Translations under genes and position numbers: made by a program
Origin: Eledone cirrhosa
Lineage: Eukaryota
Length of the DNA stretch: 64,000 bases
NCBI GenBank assembly: GCA_964016885.1
Contig: OZ024754.1
Span: forward strand, 38,068,001-38,132,000
Direction: 5' to 3'
Part shown: one piece after another, positions 11,694 to 25,385 of the stretch
How the letters are laid out: each line of letters opens with the position of its first letter
How positions within the stretch are numbered: position 1 is the first letter of the stretch
Notes under the pieces: model-generated
What the model saw: the letters and a program-made list of their open reading frames with translations, nothing else
Database searches by the model: none
What the model was told of the DNA's origin: nothing

Positions 11694-14420
11694 TGAGTGG
11701 CAACGTAGCCAGCGTGCTAGCAACGAGAACGGCCTTGGACCAGTTCTTCGACGCAAAGCATGAGGGCTGCGTTGTCAGAAGCAAAATACGTGCTCTGGGA
11801 AACAGGGAGCCAAAGCTGTTAGCTGGGCTCGAGTGACGGAGGCAAAAAGTGGCAACAAGTCCACGATTCGGTCTTTGAAGGACCAAAACGGACGCGTGAT
11901 ACGTGAGCCGAAGCAGATGTGTGCGGCCTTTCAGCGGCACTTTGCTCGGCTGTTCGGGCAGGGCGGCGCGCCGGGAGGGGCTATGGATTTCAGTCCATAC
12001 CTCGATGGCCTACCGCGACTCTCGGACAGCGAGGCAAAGTTCTGCGAAAAGCCGATTTCAGCTGCTGAGATAGGGGACACGTTTGAGCCAATGCGGCAAA
12101 CGCAAACCTCCAGGTCTCGACGGTCTACCCCACGAATTTTACGTAGCAATGCCGGACTTGTTCTCCGGTCTCCTGGAAGCGGTCTACTGCAACTGGCAAC
12201 AGAACGGGAGAATTCCCAGTTCTGTGACCGGAGGCGTAGTCACACTAGTCAGGAAGGACGAGAATAAGGGGGATGACATAGTCAACTTCCGGCCCATAAC
12301 TCTGCTAAACACAGAGTTACAGATTTTGGCCAAGGTGTTGGCAAAGAGGCTGGCACTTGTCGTCGAGAACCTGGTGGGAGAAGCGCAGACATGCGCAATC
12401 CCAACCAGGTCCATACACGACAACCTCCACCTCATGCGATACATCATAGAGAGGGTAGGGTGCAAACCCGGCTTCGGTGGGGCCCTGATCAACTTGGATC
12501 AGTCTAAGGCTTTCGATAGGGTTGACCATCATTACCTGGATGCAGTGCTCGAGGCGGCAGGCTTCGGACCCGTGTTCAGGGGCTGGATTGCTGCAATGCA
12601 TAACAGCAACATCTGCTCAAGGGTTAAGGTGAACAGCTACCTCTCGGAGCCGTTCCATATCACGTGATCCATTCGACAGGGATGCCCTCTCTCCTCCCTT
12701 CTGTACGTATTGACTCTCGAGCCACTACTGCGGAATGTTGGAGCTATTGCAGGGCATCCCTCTGGAACCGGGACTGCGGAAAGCGGCGTCGGCCTACGCC
12801 GACGACGTGACAGTAATGGTGTCGAGCGCCTCGCAAATCGAGGAAATCAGCACCTTACTGAAGGAATACGAAAGGTTCACAGGAGCGAAGCTGAACCGGG
12901 ACAAGTCCATCGGTTTGCAATTCGGGTCGTGGAGAGGCAAACCGATGCCTTCCGATGGCGTCGTCGGACGCTTGACGGAAAGACCAGTAAAGCTGCTCGG
13001 GGTCTGGTTTGGTCCAGACCTCCAGGTGGAGAAGAACTGGAACGAGGTGTCGGCCAAGGTGTTTGCACTCACCCAGAAGTGGGCCGAGTGCAAACTATCC
13101 TTGAAAGGTCGAGCGGAGGTGGCGAACACTTTTATAGCGTCCGCCATCTACTACCGCTTGACCGTCGTGCCTTGTCCAGCCAAAACGCTTGCCAAAATGG
13201 AGCGCGCGCTCTTCCAATTCCTTTGGAAGAGGCGGGCTCCTTTGGTGAGAAGATCCATCTGCTGCCAACGCCTTTCCAACGGAGGGCTGGAGATGCCATG
13301 GCTGACGATGTGCAAACACGCGCTCAGGCTGCGGCATCTCTACTCGTATTCCTCACCGGACAACCGGTGTGGGCCCCGTTCGTGAGGCGAGCCTTCCCAC
13401 GACTCGTCTCGCTGACCGAGCTGCAGTCCTGGGTCAAGCAAAGACTGAGGAAAATGGGCGACTGGCACATCGAATGTGCTCAGGCGCTCACAGTCCTCTG
13501 GCAGGTGGACCCGGCAGTCAGTGGAGACTCCACTTCGTCATTCTATAGAGGGTTGATCCGCAGCAAGTGTGACGACGTGCTCGGTGAAACTCTGGGTGTA
13601 GAGGAAGACGAACTGGCCAGTCTGTTCGGTAGGACCTTCCACCCGGGACCGATGGACAACTTCCAAAAGTCCCTGGTCTGGCAGTGCTACCGAGGAGCTC
13701 TACCAGTTCGAGACAAGCTTTACAGACATGGGCGCCCGGGCAGGGACCCTGCAAAAAAAATCTGTCCGAGGTGCGTACGAGACGAAGAAACCGTCGCGCA
13801 CGCATTCATACACTGCCCGGGCGTCACCGACCTGTGGGGCTACGTAGAACCACTATTGTCGTGGGTGGGACCAATCCAGTTGACCACCGAGTCCATTGTC
13901 ATGATCAAACCGCCACCCTCCTTCAAAAACGAAGGAGAGGCGGTTTTCCTTTGTGTGATAGCTATGGCGAAAGAGGTTGTATGGTGGACAAGGTTGAAAG
14001 GGCTGAGGTCAGACACCTTTCTCTCCGGCCAACAACTGATTCTTTTTTTCAAATACCACTTTGGAAGAAGAATCAGGATGGAGAGAGAGGTGCTGTACCC
14101 CAGCAAGTTTTATGAAAGGTGGGTGAAAGTGGCGAGAATGGCCCAAGTGAATGGGCCTTCTCTTTATATCAGCCTGTAGGTTGAGGAAAAAGAGGAGGAG
14201 AGGAAAGGAGTACAAACTCTTCGTACTCCTGAGATGAGGGCTGCACATTTTTTTTTCGGGGGTATGTGTTACCCATATGTAATGTCTCCCCCTATTGGGG
14301 AAAATCGATTAATTTTTTAATTGCATTTGTGATAATATTTTACACGTTTTTATTGTATGTAAACTTCCCCCTTTGTATTTGTCCCCTTCTTTTGTGCCCC
14401 TGTGGCTAATAAAGAAACAT
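11694..14420 (+). mobile_element. Tx1/L1-clade LINE ORF2 (RT plus C-terminal Cys/His domain), 5'-truncated and disrupted
   Basis: PGLDGLP, FRPITLLN, DQSKAFDRV, IRQGCPLS, YADD (12795), LLGV, CPRC...ETVAHAFIHC; frameshifts near 12085, 12733 and 13350; in-frame TGA at 12665. Confidence 0.93.
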
Positions 14421-14456
14421 ATCTGACTGTCTGTCTATTTATCTATCTATCTATCT

Positions 14457-14803
14457 AGAAGAATCAGGATGGAGAGAGAGGTGCTGTACCCCAGCAAATT
14501 TTATAAAAGGTGGGTGAATGTGGCAAAGATGGCCCGAGTGGTTGGGCCTTCTCTCTATATAAGCCTGTAGGTTGAGGAAAAAGAGGAAGAGAGGAAGGGA
14601 GTACTCACTCTTGGTGCTCCTGGAGATGAGGGTTGTACATTTTTTCGGGTTGTGTACAACCCCTGTGTAACACCTCCCCCCTATTGGGGATTTCAATTGT
14701 TATTTGTTATTGTATTAATAGTTTTATTTTCATATACCTGTATGTAAACTCCCCATTTGTATTTGTCCTCTTCTTTTGTGCCCTTGTGGCTAATAAAGAA
14801 ATT
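14457..14803 (+). mobile_element. Tx1/L1-clade LINE, diverged truncated copy 3
   Basis: RIRMEREVLYPSKF...YISL* plus 3' UTR and AATAAA. Confidence 0.88.
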
Positions 14804-15442
14804 TATCTATCTTGTTATTTATCTATCTCTCACCCTCTCTTTTACCCCCCTCTCTGTTTTTATCTATCTATCTATGTCTATCTTTCTATCTATCTATCTA
14901 TCTATTGTTTAATTTTCATTGTTATAACTTCTTTGTGTGATTTTCTGTAAAATTCCCGCTGTCATGTCTTGTAAGGTCCAATTTCTTGCGTGGCCTTGTG
15001 GCAAATAAAGAAACATTTCTCTCTCTCTAAACATGCTATGCTTCTTTCAAGCAACATATTATTTAATGATATAAAATTTCTCTCCATGTTATTTTAATGA
15101 TACAGAGTTTCTGTTCACACAGGATTTGGATCCTGTACTCAACCCTGGAATAACCACTGCCTGGTTTACTGATAATCTCATCAATGTTCTTTGTTGGCCA
15201 GAACCTCATAGATTCTCTTTGGTGTGTGTAAAAAAAGATGGCAACTTGTGCTCCAAGAATCAGCTACACCTAAATGCTGTTTTCAAACCCTCCATTACAC
15301 TTTAGCAGTGTTACAATTCAGTTTCCTCTATACCACAATATATTCAGGCAGTCATTAAAATCAGAGCTAGATTAAGATTTTTAAATGGCCTAAACACTGA
15401 AAAGATTATCTCTATACCACAATATATTCAGGCAATCATTAA

Positions 15443-15627
15443 CGGTAGATTGGCAGTATCAGTAGAGGGTCGGACGCCATACTTTCCAGCATAGTTACGT
15501 CCCTTTACGATCTGAGTTCAAATCCCGCCGAGGTTGACTTTGCCTTTCATCCTTACGGGGTCGATAAAATAAAGTACCAGTAACGCACTGGGTAATTGCT
15601 GGCCTTGTGCCTAAAGTAGAAACAATT
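15443..15627 (+). mobile_element. Family A tRNA-derived SINE inserted into an ~84-bp tandem repeat (15326-15752)
   Basis: Nearly full SINE; flanks contain three copies of ctctataccacaatatattcaggca.tcattaa. Confidence 0.85.
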
Positions 15628-18194
15628 AAAATCAGAGCTAGATTAAGACTTTTAAATACCCTGAGCACCGAAGACATTATCTCTATACCACAATATATTC
15701 AGGCAGTCATTAAAATCAGGCTTACATTAAGACCTTTAAAAGCCCTGAGTACTTGCTTATGAATTATCAGCAAACTATTTTTTCAGGCATTCAAGATGTT
15801 TGGGGAAGTTGGTCCACTGACAATGAAGTTCTTGTTATTGTTGGCAGCTCACCTTATTCAGGTATCAGATGATGCCAACAAGGGTGCTTGGTTATGTCAG
15901 TGTCTTAGTTTCACTATTACCCACGCCAATGCTGTAAGTGTGTTGTCTAGCCTAAAAAATTATTAGAGGGTAAACTACAGCAGCACTCCTTGTGTAGTGT
16001 GCAGAGCTTCTCACCTTTTCTTTTTTTAATACTATATATATATATATATATAATACTATATATATATATATTTAATACTATATATATATATTTATAACAC
16101 AAGAAGTAACTATTAGGTTGTATCAAACATGTACAAAGCACAGAGGTATTGACAAATTTATACACACACGCATATATATTATAATATTAATAATAATTGT
16201 TTTTACTTTTGGCACAAGGCCAGCAATTACCCCAGTGCATTACTGGTACTTTATTTTATCGACCCTGTAACAATGAAAGGCAAAGTTAACCTCGGTGGGA
16301 TTTGAACTCAGAACGTAAAGGGTCATGAGTAAGAAAGAGGTTTCAAAGTATCATCAAGTTTATTCAGGTGTAATGCACGTTTTGCAATTGATCAGCTCAA
16401 AGTATGATCCGTATTGATTGGGCCCAACTCTGGAATCAAGAGCTCATCAGACTCATGGATTCCGTAATAATGGGAGATATCCATGTACAGCTTTAGATTA
16501 CTATTTCTCATTCACTATATAGTATGTAGATTCCTAAATTGTGTCGGAGAGTAACCACAGTTTAAAAAGGTACTCAATACATTAGTAGAGTATAGGCATT
16601 TCTATCTCATAAGTACTAAGGGTCTCTACAGATCTTAATCTGGCCCTGACTAGAACAAACACCATAAGGAACTTTGTCCAACTCCTTAAAAATTCCAATA
16701 ATCCACTGCCCTGAACTCGAAGAGTGATAAGCGAAGTTGACTTCATTGGAATTTGAACTCACAACATAACATTGCAACCTATTTTTGTCCAATACCCGAA
16801 CATTTCTGAAAATCTTTCTCTTAAATGACAAAATTTGTTCTTGTTTGGATGAGAGTACATCGCATACAATTTGTTGCTGGGTTAACCATTAAGTTAAATA
16901 AGCACACGTTTAGGGTACCATGGGAAGAAGGACACCATTTTTATTCAAATTAAATATATATATATATTTTTTTTTTAAACCCCAAAACCCAGAATTTTGC
17001 AGGCTTTATATATGGGGAGGGGGCGCTGTAATCTTTCAAGTCTTTTGAGGCCTCAAAAACACTTAGTTTGACTCTGGCTGGCCTGTATTATTCTGGTTAA
17101 ATATCTGTTGAGACAAGCATTGCTCCATGATTAACAACAATATTACTACAACTGGCGCTATAACTACTACTGTTTTATGTTAATCTCCGTCTAGAATAAC
17201 CGCTACCATCACCGACAACACCAGAACGGCAGCCCTCAATAAAATAATCTGCCGTCTTTAGAAAAAGAAAAAGAGGGAACGATTCAAATCATGGGACGGC
17301 ATGCTACATAATAAACCAGGTCGACAACATGTGTTGAACGAACTAATCAACAGTAATTCTATCTCTCCTTCTGTAGCTATACCTTCGTTCTGGCTTACAG
17401 GGAATCAGAGTTACGTCCCTTGCTACCACAGTGTTTTCATATATCGCTTATTCAACTATCTGTTGTCTGCCATTACCAATTAGCTCTCCTCACACATATT
17501 TGTTTATCTTTCTGTCTTGTTCTAACCGCTAGTTTCTCATTCTCTTTCACATATTTACCTTTCCTTCTTTTTCATTGCTCTTTTCTTCTTCTCTTAATAC
17601 TATCTACTTATACCGCTGTCTGTATTTTCCATCTTGTTCTCCCACTTATGGTGTTTCATTCCTTCTACTTTTCTTTCTATTTTTTCTCCAACCTTATTTA
17701 ATGCACTTTCTCTTTTTCCGTCCTCTCTCCACTGTCCATCTCGAGTGTTTCGTCTTTTCCTCTCACTAACCTTTCATTATCGAGTCCCTCCTCCAACTTT
17801 CCGTCTCTTCTTATTATTATCTTATTTTTATATTATAATTCAGTTGTTTATTTTGACACTCCTTTATTGTTCACACTTCATCTTCGACTATTTTCATTGC
17901 CACTCCCTCAGCTATAAATGCTATCCTCTCCTTATTGTTCATTATCTTCGCCTTGTTTTCCCCTTCTCTAACTCTCTTCATCACATACTTCCTTCTTACT
18001 CTCTCAATCCCTTATTTTACCCCCCTTTTGTATCTGTGTTACTGTATTTCTTCTCCTATTTTATCTCTAACTTTCACTTCACCTCTCCATCTCCGTACTC
18101 GTGTTATTTCTTTCTCTCTCTCTCTCTCTCTCACACACATACACTTTCACTCCCTCTGTCATTCTCCTCCCTTCCTCTGTATGACCAGACCACC

Positions 18195-18286
18195 ATGAGC
18201 CGTCTGTACGACAACCAACCTCTACAGAATCTGGCTGTGAAAACCTACAGCTGGGCTAAATTATGGAATCCGACCCCATACAAAAG
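18195..18286 (+). CDS. ARPIN: Arpin coding exon 1 (MSRLYDNQ...TPYK)
   Basis: CCACCATG Kozak context; donor AG|GTAA at 18286/18287; 92 nt, phase 2. Confidence 0.93.
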
Positions 18287-18374
18287 GTAACCCCATATAT
18301 TCTATATTCAACCTACCTTTAAACTCCACCCTTAAGCACCTATCAACCCCATCAGCTCATCAACTATTCTCGCC

Positions 18375-18405
<31 letters not shown>

Positions 18406-21400
18406 GCTTTTCTTTTAGATGTGTTATTAAAGACTCGTGTTTTAACAATATACATAAGTTAAAATTAATATGTATATACACGTGTGTATGTTTGTATGTA
18501 TAATATGCATATATATATATATTTAGCTTTTCTTTTAGATGTATTATTAAAGGTATTGTGTATTTAATAGCACATTCGGGTTGCAAATGTGTGTGTATGC
18601 CATTATAAAATGCACTCAGCCCACACTGTATTGTGGTTGTACTGGTGCTGCCATAAAACGTACCCAACCCACTCTGTAAAGTGGCAGTGCAGACACCACG
18701 ATAAAAAGACCCAGTTCACCTTCTCAGGTCGTAGTGGTACTGTCACGATAAAATGCACACTACACATTGTGGAGTGGTTGGTGTTAGGAAGAGCAGCAGG
18801 CCGTAGGAAACGTGCCACAATGAAAGGTATGCGCAAAGCAGTCATCTGATCTGTCTAGTCTCAGAACGTAACAACCCGTCTGACCCATGCCATAATGAAA
18901 ATTAGTCGTTAAATAACGATATCTGTCTGTCCACCCATCTCTCTCTCTCTCTATATATATATATATGCTTCTATATTACATATATATATATATATATATG
19001 CACGCACACACACGCACATAATCGTGTGCGTGTTTATTTTGTGTATAAGTATCATAATTGTACAGGCTTATGTAATTATATACAAATATGTGTATTCATT
19101 TTACCCAATTCTATATACCTCCTACACCCAAGTATGTGTGTATGGGTATATAAGCTTCATGTTTATATATATACATATATATTCTTTCCCTTCCTTATAT
19201 ACGCGCGAGTATTGGGTTAGTGGGGTCGGTGGGAGGGAGGGAGTCATTGTACACACATGTCGGAGTATGTATGTATAAGTACCAGTGTTTAGATGGAGCA
19301 ACTGTGAACAGGAAGCGATTGTTGTTCAGTTGTTGCTTGGAGAGGCGGAGGGGGATTTATTTTTTATTTTTTATGTAGCTGGAGAGGAGGTTCTTACAAA
19401 AGTATGTAGTGCATAAGGATACGTAGTGGTTGTTTAACCCTAGGTCAACATTGGTCGGACATGATCAACCTTCGTTTAGTATAGCAGAAACTGGATTATC
19501 CAAAATGAGCTTTTTAAAAGACAGTAGGGCATGATTTAACGGACATTTGGTTATTATTTCTAGCAAATCAAGTTCCTGCATAGTGGCTCTAAAGTTGGTT
19601 CATCATAAGTATAAGAATGTATATGTGGAAGCTACGGCTAGCTGAACACACGTTTTTTTGTTTGTTTTTTCGGCAAAATTTTTTTTTACCGTTCTTCCTT
19701 TTCTCATTCTCCTCTATCTTTTTTTTTATTCTTTTATTTCTCATTCTATCTTCAGACGATAGACTAACGTCCGAAACGTTAAGACTCTTTTCCTACTATA
19801 TCAAACGGTAAACTGATATATATCTTCATTGTACTGTATCGTTTGCTCTGTTGTTTCCAGTTACTTTTCATACACACACATATATATATATAAAACAGTG
19901 ATTGTTTCATCTTTTCAGATAACATTCATAACATCCCTTTTATCATCTCTGCTAGTCTGCATCCTCTCATGAGCACTGGATTGTCTTTTCAATCCAGCAA
20001 CAAAAAACAAGACGAAGGAAGACCCCCCCCCTCCCCTCCATTCCCTTCATGGCACTGACAACACTCCAACATAGGGCACATCAGTATAGTTGACTGGTGA
20101 ACCATGATTACTCTCATCTAATCAGCATATCCCAAAGTGATGAATCCACAGAAGTGCCAGTATTTCATTGGCACAAATTCACATGACCTTCTAATAGCTG
20201 CTGTAATAGATTCTATGTGTCTATGATGTCAACATTAGCTATAGAGATATAAGAATGGATGGGAAGATTGCAGAAAAGATATTGGTACATCATAGATCAG
20301 GGGTCATCATCATCATCATCGTTTAACAGCCATCTTCCACGCTAGCATGGGTTAAACAGATGTTGGGTGTGCAACATATTCCATTGGTGGGCCACTTTTG
20401 AACATTGGAACAACTATTAGGGCCATCACCTAGGTGATCAGATTAGCATGGGAAGGTGGGTTTGGCTTCTGAGGCCATAGTATCTAGAATAAGGACGGGT
20501 TGGAAGAAGTTTAGGGAGCTGTTCCCTCTGTTGACGAAGAAGGGTTTCTCCCTGCATACGAAAGGATGGTTATATGATGCATGTGTAAGATGCGCGATGC
20601 TGCATGGTAGTGAGACATGGGCAGCAACTGCTGAAGATATGCGACAGCTGGAGAGAAATGAAGCAAGTATGCTCCGTTGGATGTGCAATGTCAATGTGCG
20701 TGAACGACCCAGCATAGACGAGTTGAGAAAGAAACTGGGTATAAGAGGGATAAGTTGTGGTGTGCAGGAGAGAAGGCTGAGATGGTATGGACATGTGTTG
20801 CGCATGGAGGATGACCGATGGGTGAAGAAGTGCCAGGAAGTCCCAGTGGAGGGAAGACGCAGTAGAGGAAGACCACGAAAAACATGGGCGGAGGTGGTGA
20901 GAGCAGACCTCAGATCGCTGAAACTCATGGAGGAGATGACGAAGGACCATGACGGGTGGAGAGATGCTGTGCTGAATAGGACCCGTCCCACCCTTGCAAG
21001 CAGGGAAAAGCGGACGTAAAATGATGATGATGATGATGATGATGATATTCCAAAGATTCACCACAACGTCTTTCCATAACATGGAACTGGGAAATTATAA
21101 CACACATAACCCTATCAGTGAAGCCCTTTAGTTTAGGTCAACTAACAGAAAATTGTATTACGGTTACGAAAAAATTCTAAATAAGCCTACGATGTAAAAA
21201 TTAAAAAACCGTTATTGCGGGCCACTGTGACAGGTGAGCGGAATTGTGGCCCACGGGCTGCCTGTTGCATGCCCCTGTCATAGATTATCATGTCAAATGC
21301 TTGTACAACACAAGTGTCACTCTCTAAGTGTCGGTGATAATAAAAGAACAAGCAATTACAGACATTGTAAATAAGAATCCAGGCATGTAATCCTGAGTAA

Positions 21401-21675
21401 AAACATACAATATAAAACAAAACACAGCAAAGTAGCACCTTAAATCATTCACATATATCAAAGTACATATTTAAACTGTGTTGCTCACTGATATGTATAC
21501 ACATATATGTGTGTGTATGCATATATATACATACTATATATATGCATACACACACACATATATAAGTGTATACATGAAGGACTTCTGTCCAAAACGTTGA
21601 GCCCTCCTCCATTTCCTCCAAGCGTGAACCTAATATAACTAAGTACACTTTTGTATTCTTGTGTTTGTTTTGTTT

Positions 21676-21714
<39 letters not shown>

Positions 21715-24700
21715 AGAGAGATACATATATTTTCATGCACACTTTATATATATATATATATATTAGTATTGGTGTTCTGAAATAGCGATGTATACACGAA
21801 TGTATGTATATTTGGCAATACACTGTATGTTTAATTAAAAACATTTTAAAGACCATAGAAACAGGACTGCCAATCACTCTGCTTTGCTTTTGCCGAGAAT
21901 AAATAAGTGACATAGTCACTACTTTAAAATTTATAGCGAATGGTCTTCAAAATTGTTATACTTTGGGAGGGTCATGTTGCCAATAAGAAACACACGCACC
22001 AGTTGCTTTCACTTCAATTTAATTTATTATATATTTATAAATTTATAAATTTACAAATTTATAAATTTCTGGTTGGTTGGTTGGTTCCACAACCAGATAG
22101 TTGTTTATATATATATAATCATAGTTCTTTCGTCACACACTCTGTGACCTCTTCAGTGACTGGGGATTTCTTTCTTCGTTTCTGTGCCTTTCCTTTCTTC
22201 TATCCTACGCCATTTTCATACAGTATATTGCCAAATATACTATACATACATACATTCATATATATATATATATATATACACATACACACACATATATATA
22301 TATATATATATACAATATATTAACAAATGGAAACTATATTTATAAAACCATATTTATTTTATTATACATATTTCAAGGGCCACCAAGGTAAATTATGGTG
22401 TGCTTTCATCAGATAAAATACAATACAGATTTGTTTTATAAATAAATATTGACATGCCCTGAAAAAAGACAACCTTAACGGTTGGAGCTTCCTGGATAGT
22501 GGAGATATTAGATTTATTGAGAGTGATAGAAAATTATGATTGAGTATGCAAATGAGTGTCCAATAGGACATATATATATATATATGTGTATATATATATA
22601 GGACATATATATATATATATGTAAAAGGTAAACAGAAATAACAACACAATCGGTACAGTATATGGAAGGTATATATTAGGTTAACGCTTGATATAGCAGG
22701 AAGAGGGTCTTAATGTTTTGGACGCTAGTCCTTCATCAGAAGAAAGAATGAGAAATAAAATAGATTGAGGGGATGAACGGGATGGAATTGAAAAAAAATG
22801 TCTTTAGATAAAAATAACAGGTCCATTCATGTTGACATCTCTTGCAAATATATATATACACACACACACATATATATATATATATATGTGTGTGTCTGTG
22901 AGTGTGTATTTTGTGTATATCTTTGTGCATATTTGCATTTCTATATTTATGTGTGTGTATTTTATACTATGCAGATGTAGTTTGTGCTGATCATAGAACA
23001 TCTAACCTACACAGTAGTAAGCAATACTCAGGGTAATGTGATACATCTAAGGAGACATTAGAGTGCTCCTGTTATCTCTACTATGATGGACCGAGTTAAT
23101 TAACCACACCAAAACATGGCATAATGTATGTCTGTCATCATTATCCTCAAGTTCCCACAGTTCCTGCAGCCAGTCATTGGGGTGTCACTCTAGAATCTTT
23201 CACTGACGACAGTTGCCTCTAATCTCTGTCTTCTGTGATGCATAGAAGGGTGGCAATGTTGTGACATGTTGACTTATCCAATCCTCGATGTTGCCAGACC
23301 AGGATATTCATTGTCTTCTTCTTCGCCCTCCTTTAAACTGTGCTCTGAAAATGGTTTTTGACAGGGAATTGTGATGGGATATCTGAGCTTATTAGGCAAA
23401 CTTCCATCTTTTTACCATCATAAGGAGTGGTTCCTAATTGCCAGGATATCTGTTGACTTGTTGCTTTACAAAGTTGTTTCTCTTATTCTCTGTTTATGGG
23501 ATGAATAGCAAGCAGCCTTCTGAAGCACTTGTACTCAAATGCCAGGATTCTTCTGTCCATGTCAGCTGTAAGAGTCCAGCTCTTACATCTAAACAGAAGG
23601 ACCACAGTCAACAAAGCCACCAAGCATTTCTAAGGCCCTCTGGAATACCATGGGGGATGCACAGTAAAAAGAAAAACCTGTCCAGATTGGTGAAGGGCTG
23701 GGAAACCAACAACAACATGCTCCACTGCCATTTCCATGGGTGGAGGCAACCAGTGTACAACTGGGGTGACAACAACAATGGCAATTTATGTATGTATTGA
23801 TACATAACTACTGATGGAGTCATAGGGGCACCATCAGGACATATGATGTGTTTGGGGCACTTTAAACCTGGTCAAATCTAACCTGACACCAGTTCAGGAA
23901 ACAGAAAGAGAGTGAGAAAGAGATAATTGTGGAAAGTCCAACCCATGCTGAAGATGGATGTTAAACAATGATGATGATGATGACATATATATATATATAT
24001 ATCATCATCATCATCATCATTTTACATCCGCTTTTCCCTGCTTGCAAGGGTGGGATGGGTCCTATTCAGCACAGCATCTCTCCACTTGTCATGGTCCTTC
24101 GTCATCTCCTCGGTGAGCTTCAGCAATCTGAGGTCAGCTCTCACCACCTCCACCCATGTTTTTCGTGGTCTATCTCTATTGCGTCTTCCTTCTACTGGGA
24201 TTTCCTGGCACTTCTTCACCCAGCGGTCATCCTCTATGCGCATCACATGTCCAATACCATCTTAGTCTTCTCTCCTGCACACCACAACTTATCCCTCTTA
24301 TACTCAGTTTCCCTCTCAACTCATGGTTGTTCACGCACATTGACATTGCACATCTAATGGAGCATGCTTGCTTCATTTCTCTCCAGTCGTCGCATATCCT
24401 CTGCAGTTGCTGCCCATGTTTCACTACCATGCAGCATCGCGCATCTCACACAGGAATCATATAACCGTCCTTTCGTACGCAGGGAGAAACCCTTCTTTGT
24501 CAACAGAGGAAGCAGCTCTCTAAACTTCTTCCAACCTGTCCTTATTCTAGACACTATGGCCTCGGAACACCCCCTCCCATGCCAATCTGATCACCTAGGT
24601 ACTGGAAGCTATCAACCACTTCTATAGAACCCATCTGCATTGGAAAAATGTGTCTATCAATGCGATTACTACTGTCTAATTTCCCTGTACATGTAGTTTC

Positions 24701-25354
24701 CTACATGCATATGTAGTTTCCCCTACCTGTTAGTTTTCCTGCTATCCCACTACATCTCTTGTGTACCCAAGATCTGCATTGCGTACATTTTATGGAATTT
24801 ATGCTAGTTCCTTTTCTACATATCGAACATGGTCATTTCCCTGTGGAATCAGTTTTGTCCTCTCTTCTACTTATCAACACTTTTGTCTTAGCTCTGTTCA
24901 CTCTCAGTCCTCTTGATTCCAACTGCTGCTTCCATAGTCAGAATTTATTCTCTAGCTCCTCTACTGATTCTGCTATAAGAACCAGATCATCAGCATAGAG
25001 AAGTTCCCATGGGCATCCGGTCTTAAACTCCTCTGTTATGGCTTGGAGGACTTTAATGAACAAGAGCGAGCTGAGGGCCGAACACTGATGTACACCTACT
25101 TGTATCTGGAATTCCTCACTAAACTCCATTCCTCCTCTCACTTTACTGACAGCACCTCTGTACATAGCTTGCACTGTCCTTAAAAGCCATTCCTCCACAC
25201 CTAGTTTCCTTATGGACCACCAGATGACAGATCGGGGTACCCTATCAAAGGCCTTCTCTAGGTCAACAAAAGCTAAGTATAGTGGCTTATTCTTCTTTAA
25301 GAACTTCTCTTGTAGTTGTCTCATTAAGAAGAGGGCAGATTATTACATATAAAG

Positions 25355-25385
<31 letters not shown>

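Noticed and set aside
11694-14179. Active LINE or domesticated RT gene
   Set aside because: 5'-truncated with no endonuclease, at least three frameshifts and an in-frame TGA.
16330-16870. Possible exon or transposase (ORF 16616..16831)
   Set aside because: Only faint hAT-like similarity with stops and no consistent splice sites; too weak to call.
17634-18290. 218-aa hydrophobic ORF as an N-terminal extension of Arpin
   Set aside because: Translation of a pyrimidine tract from a non-ATG start; homology begins at the Kozak ATG 18195.
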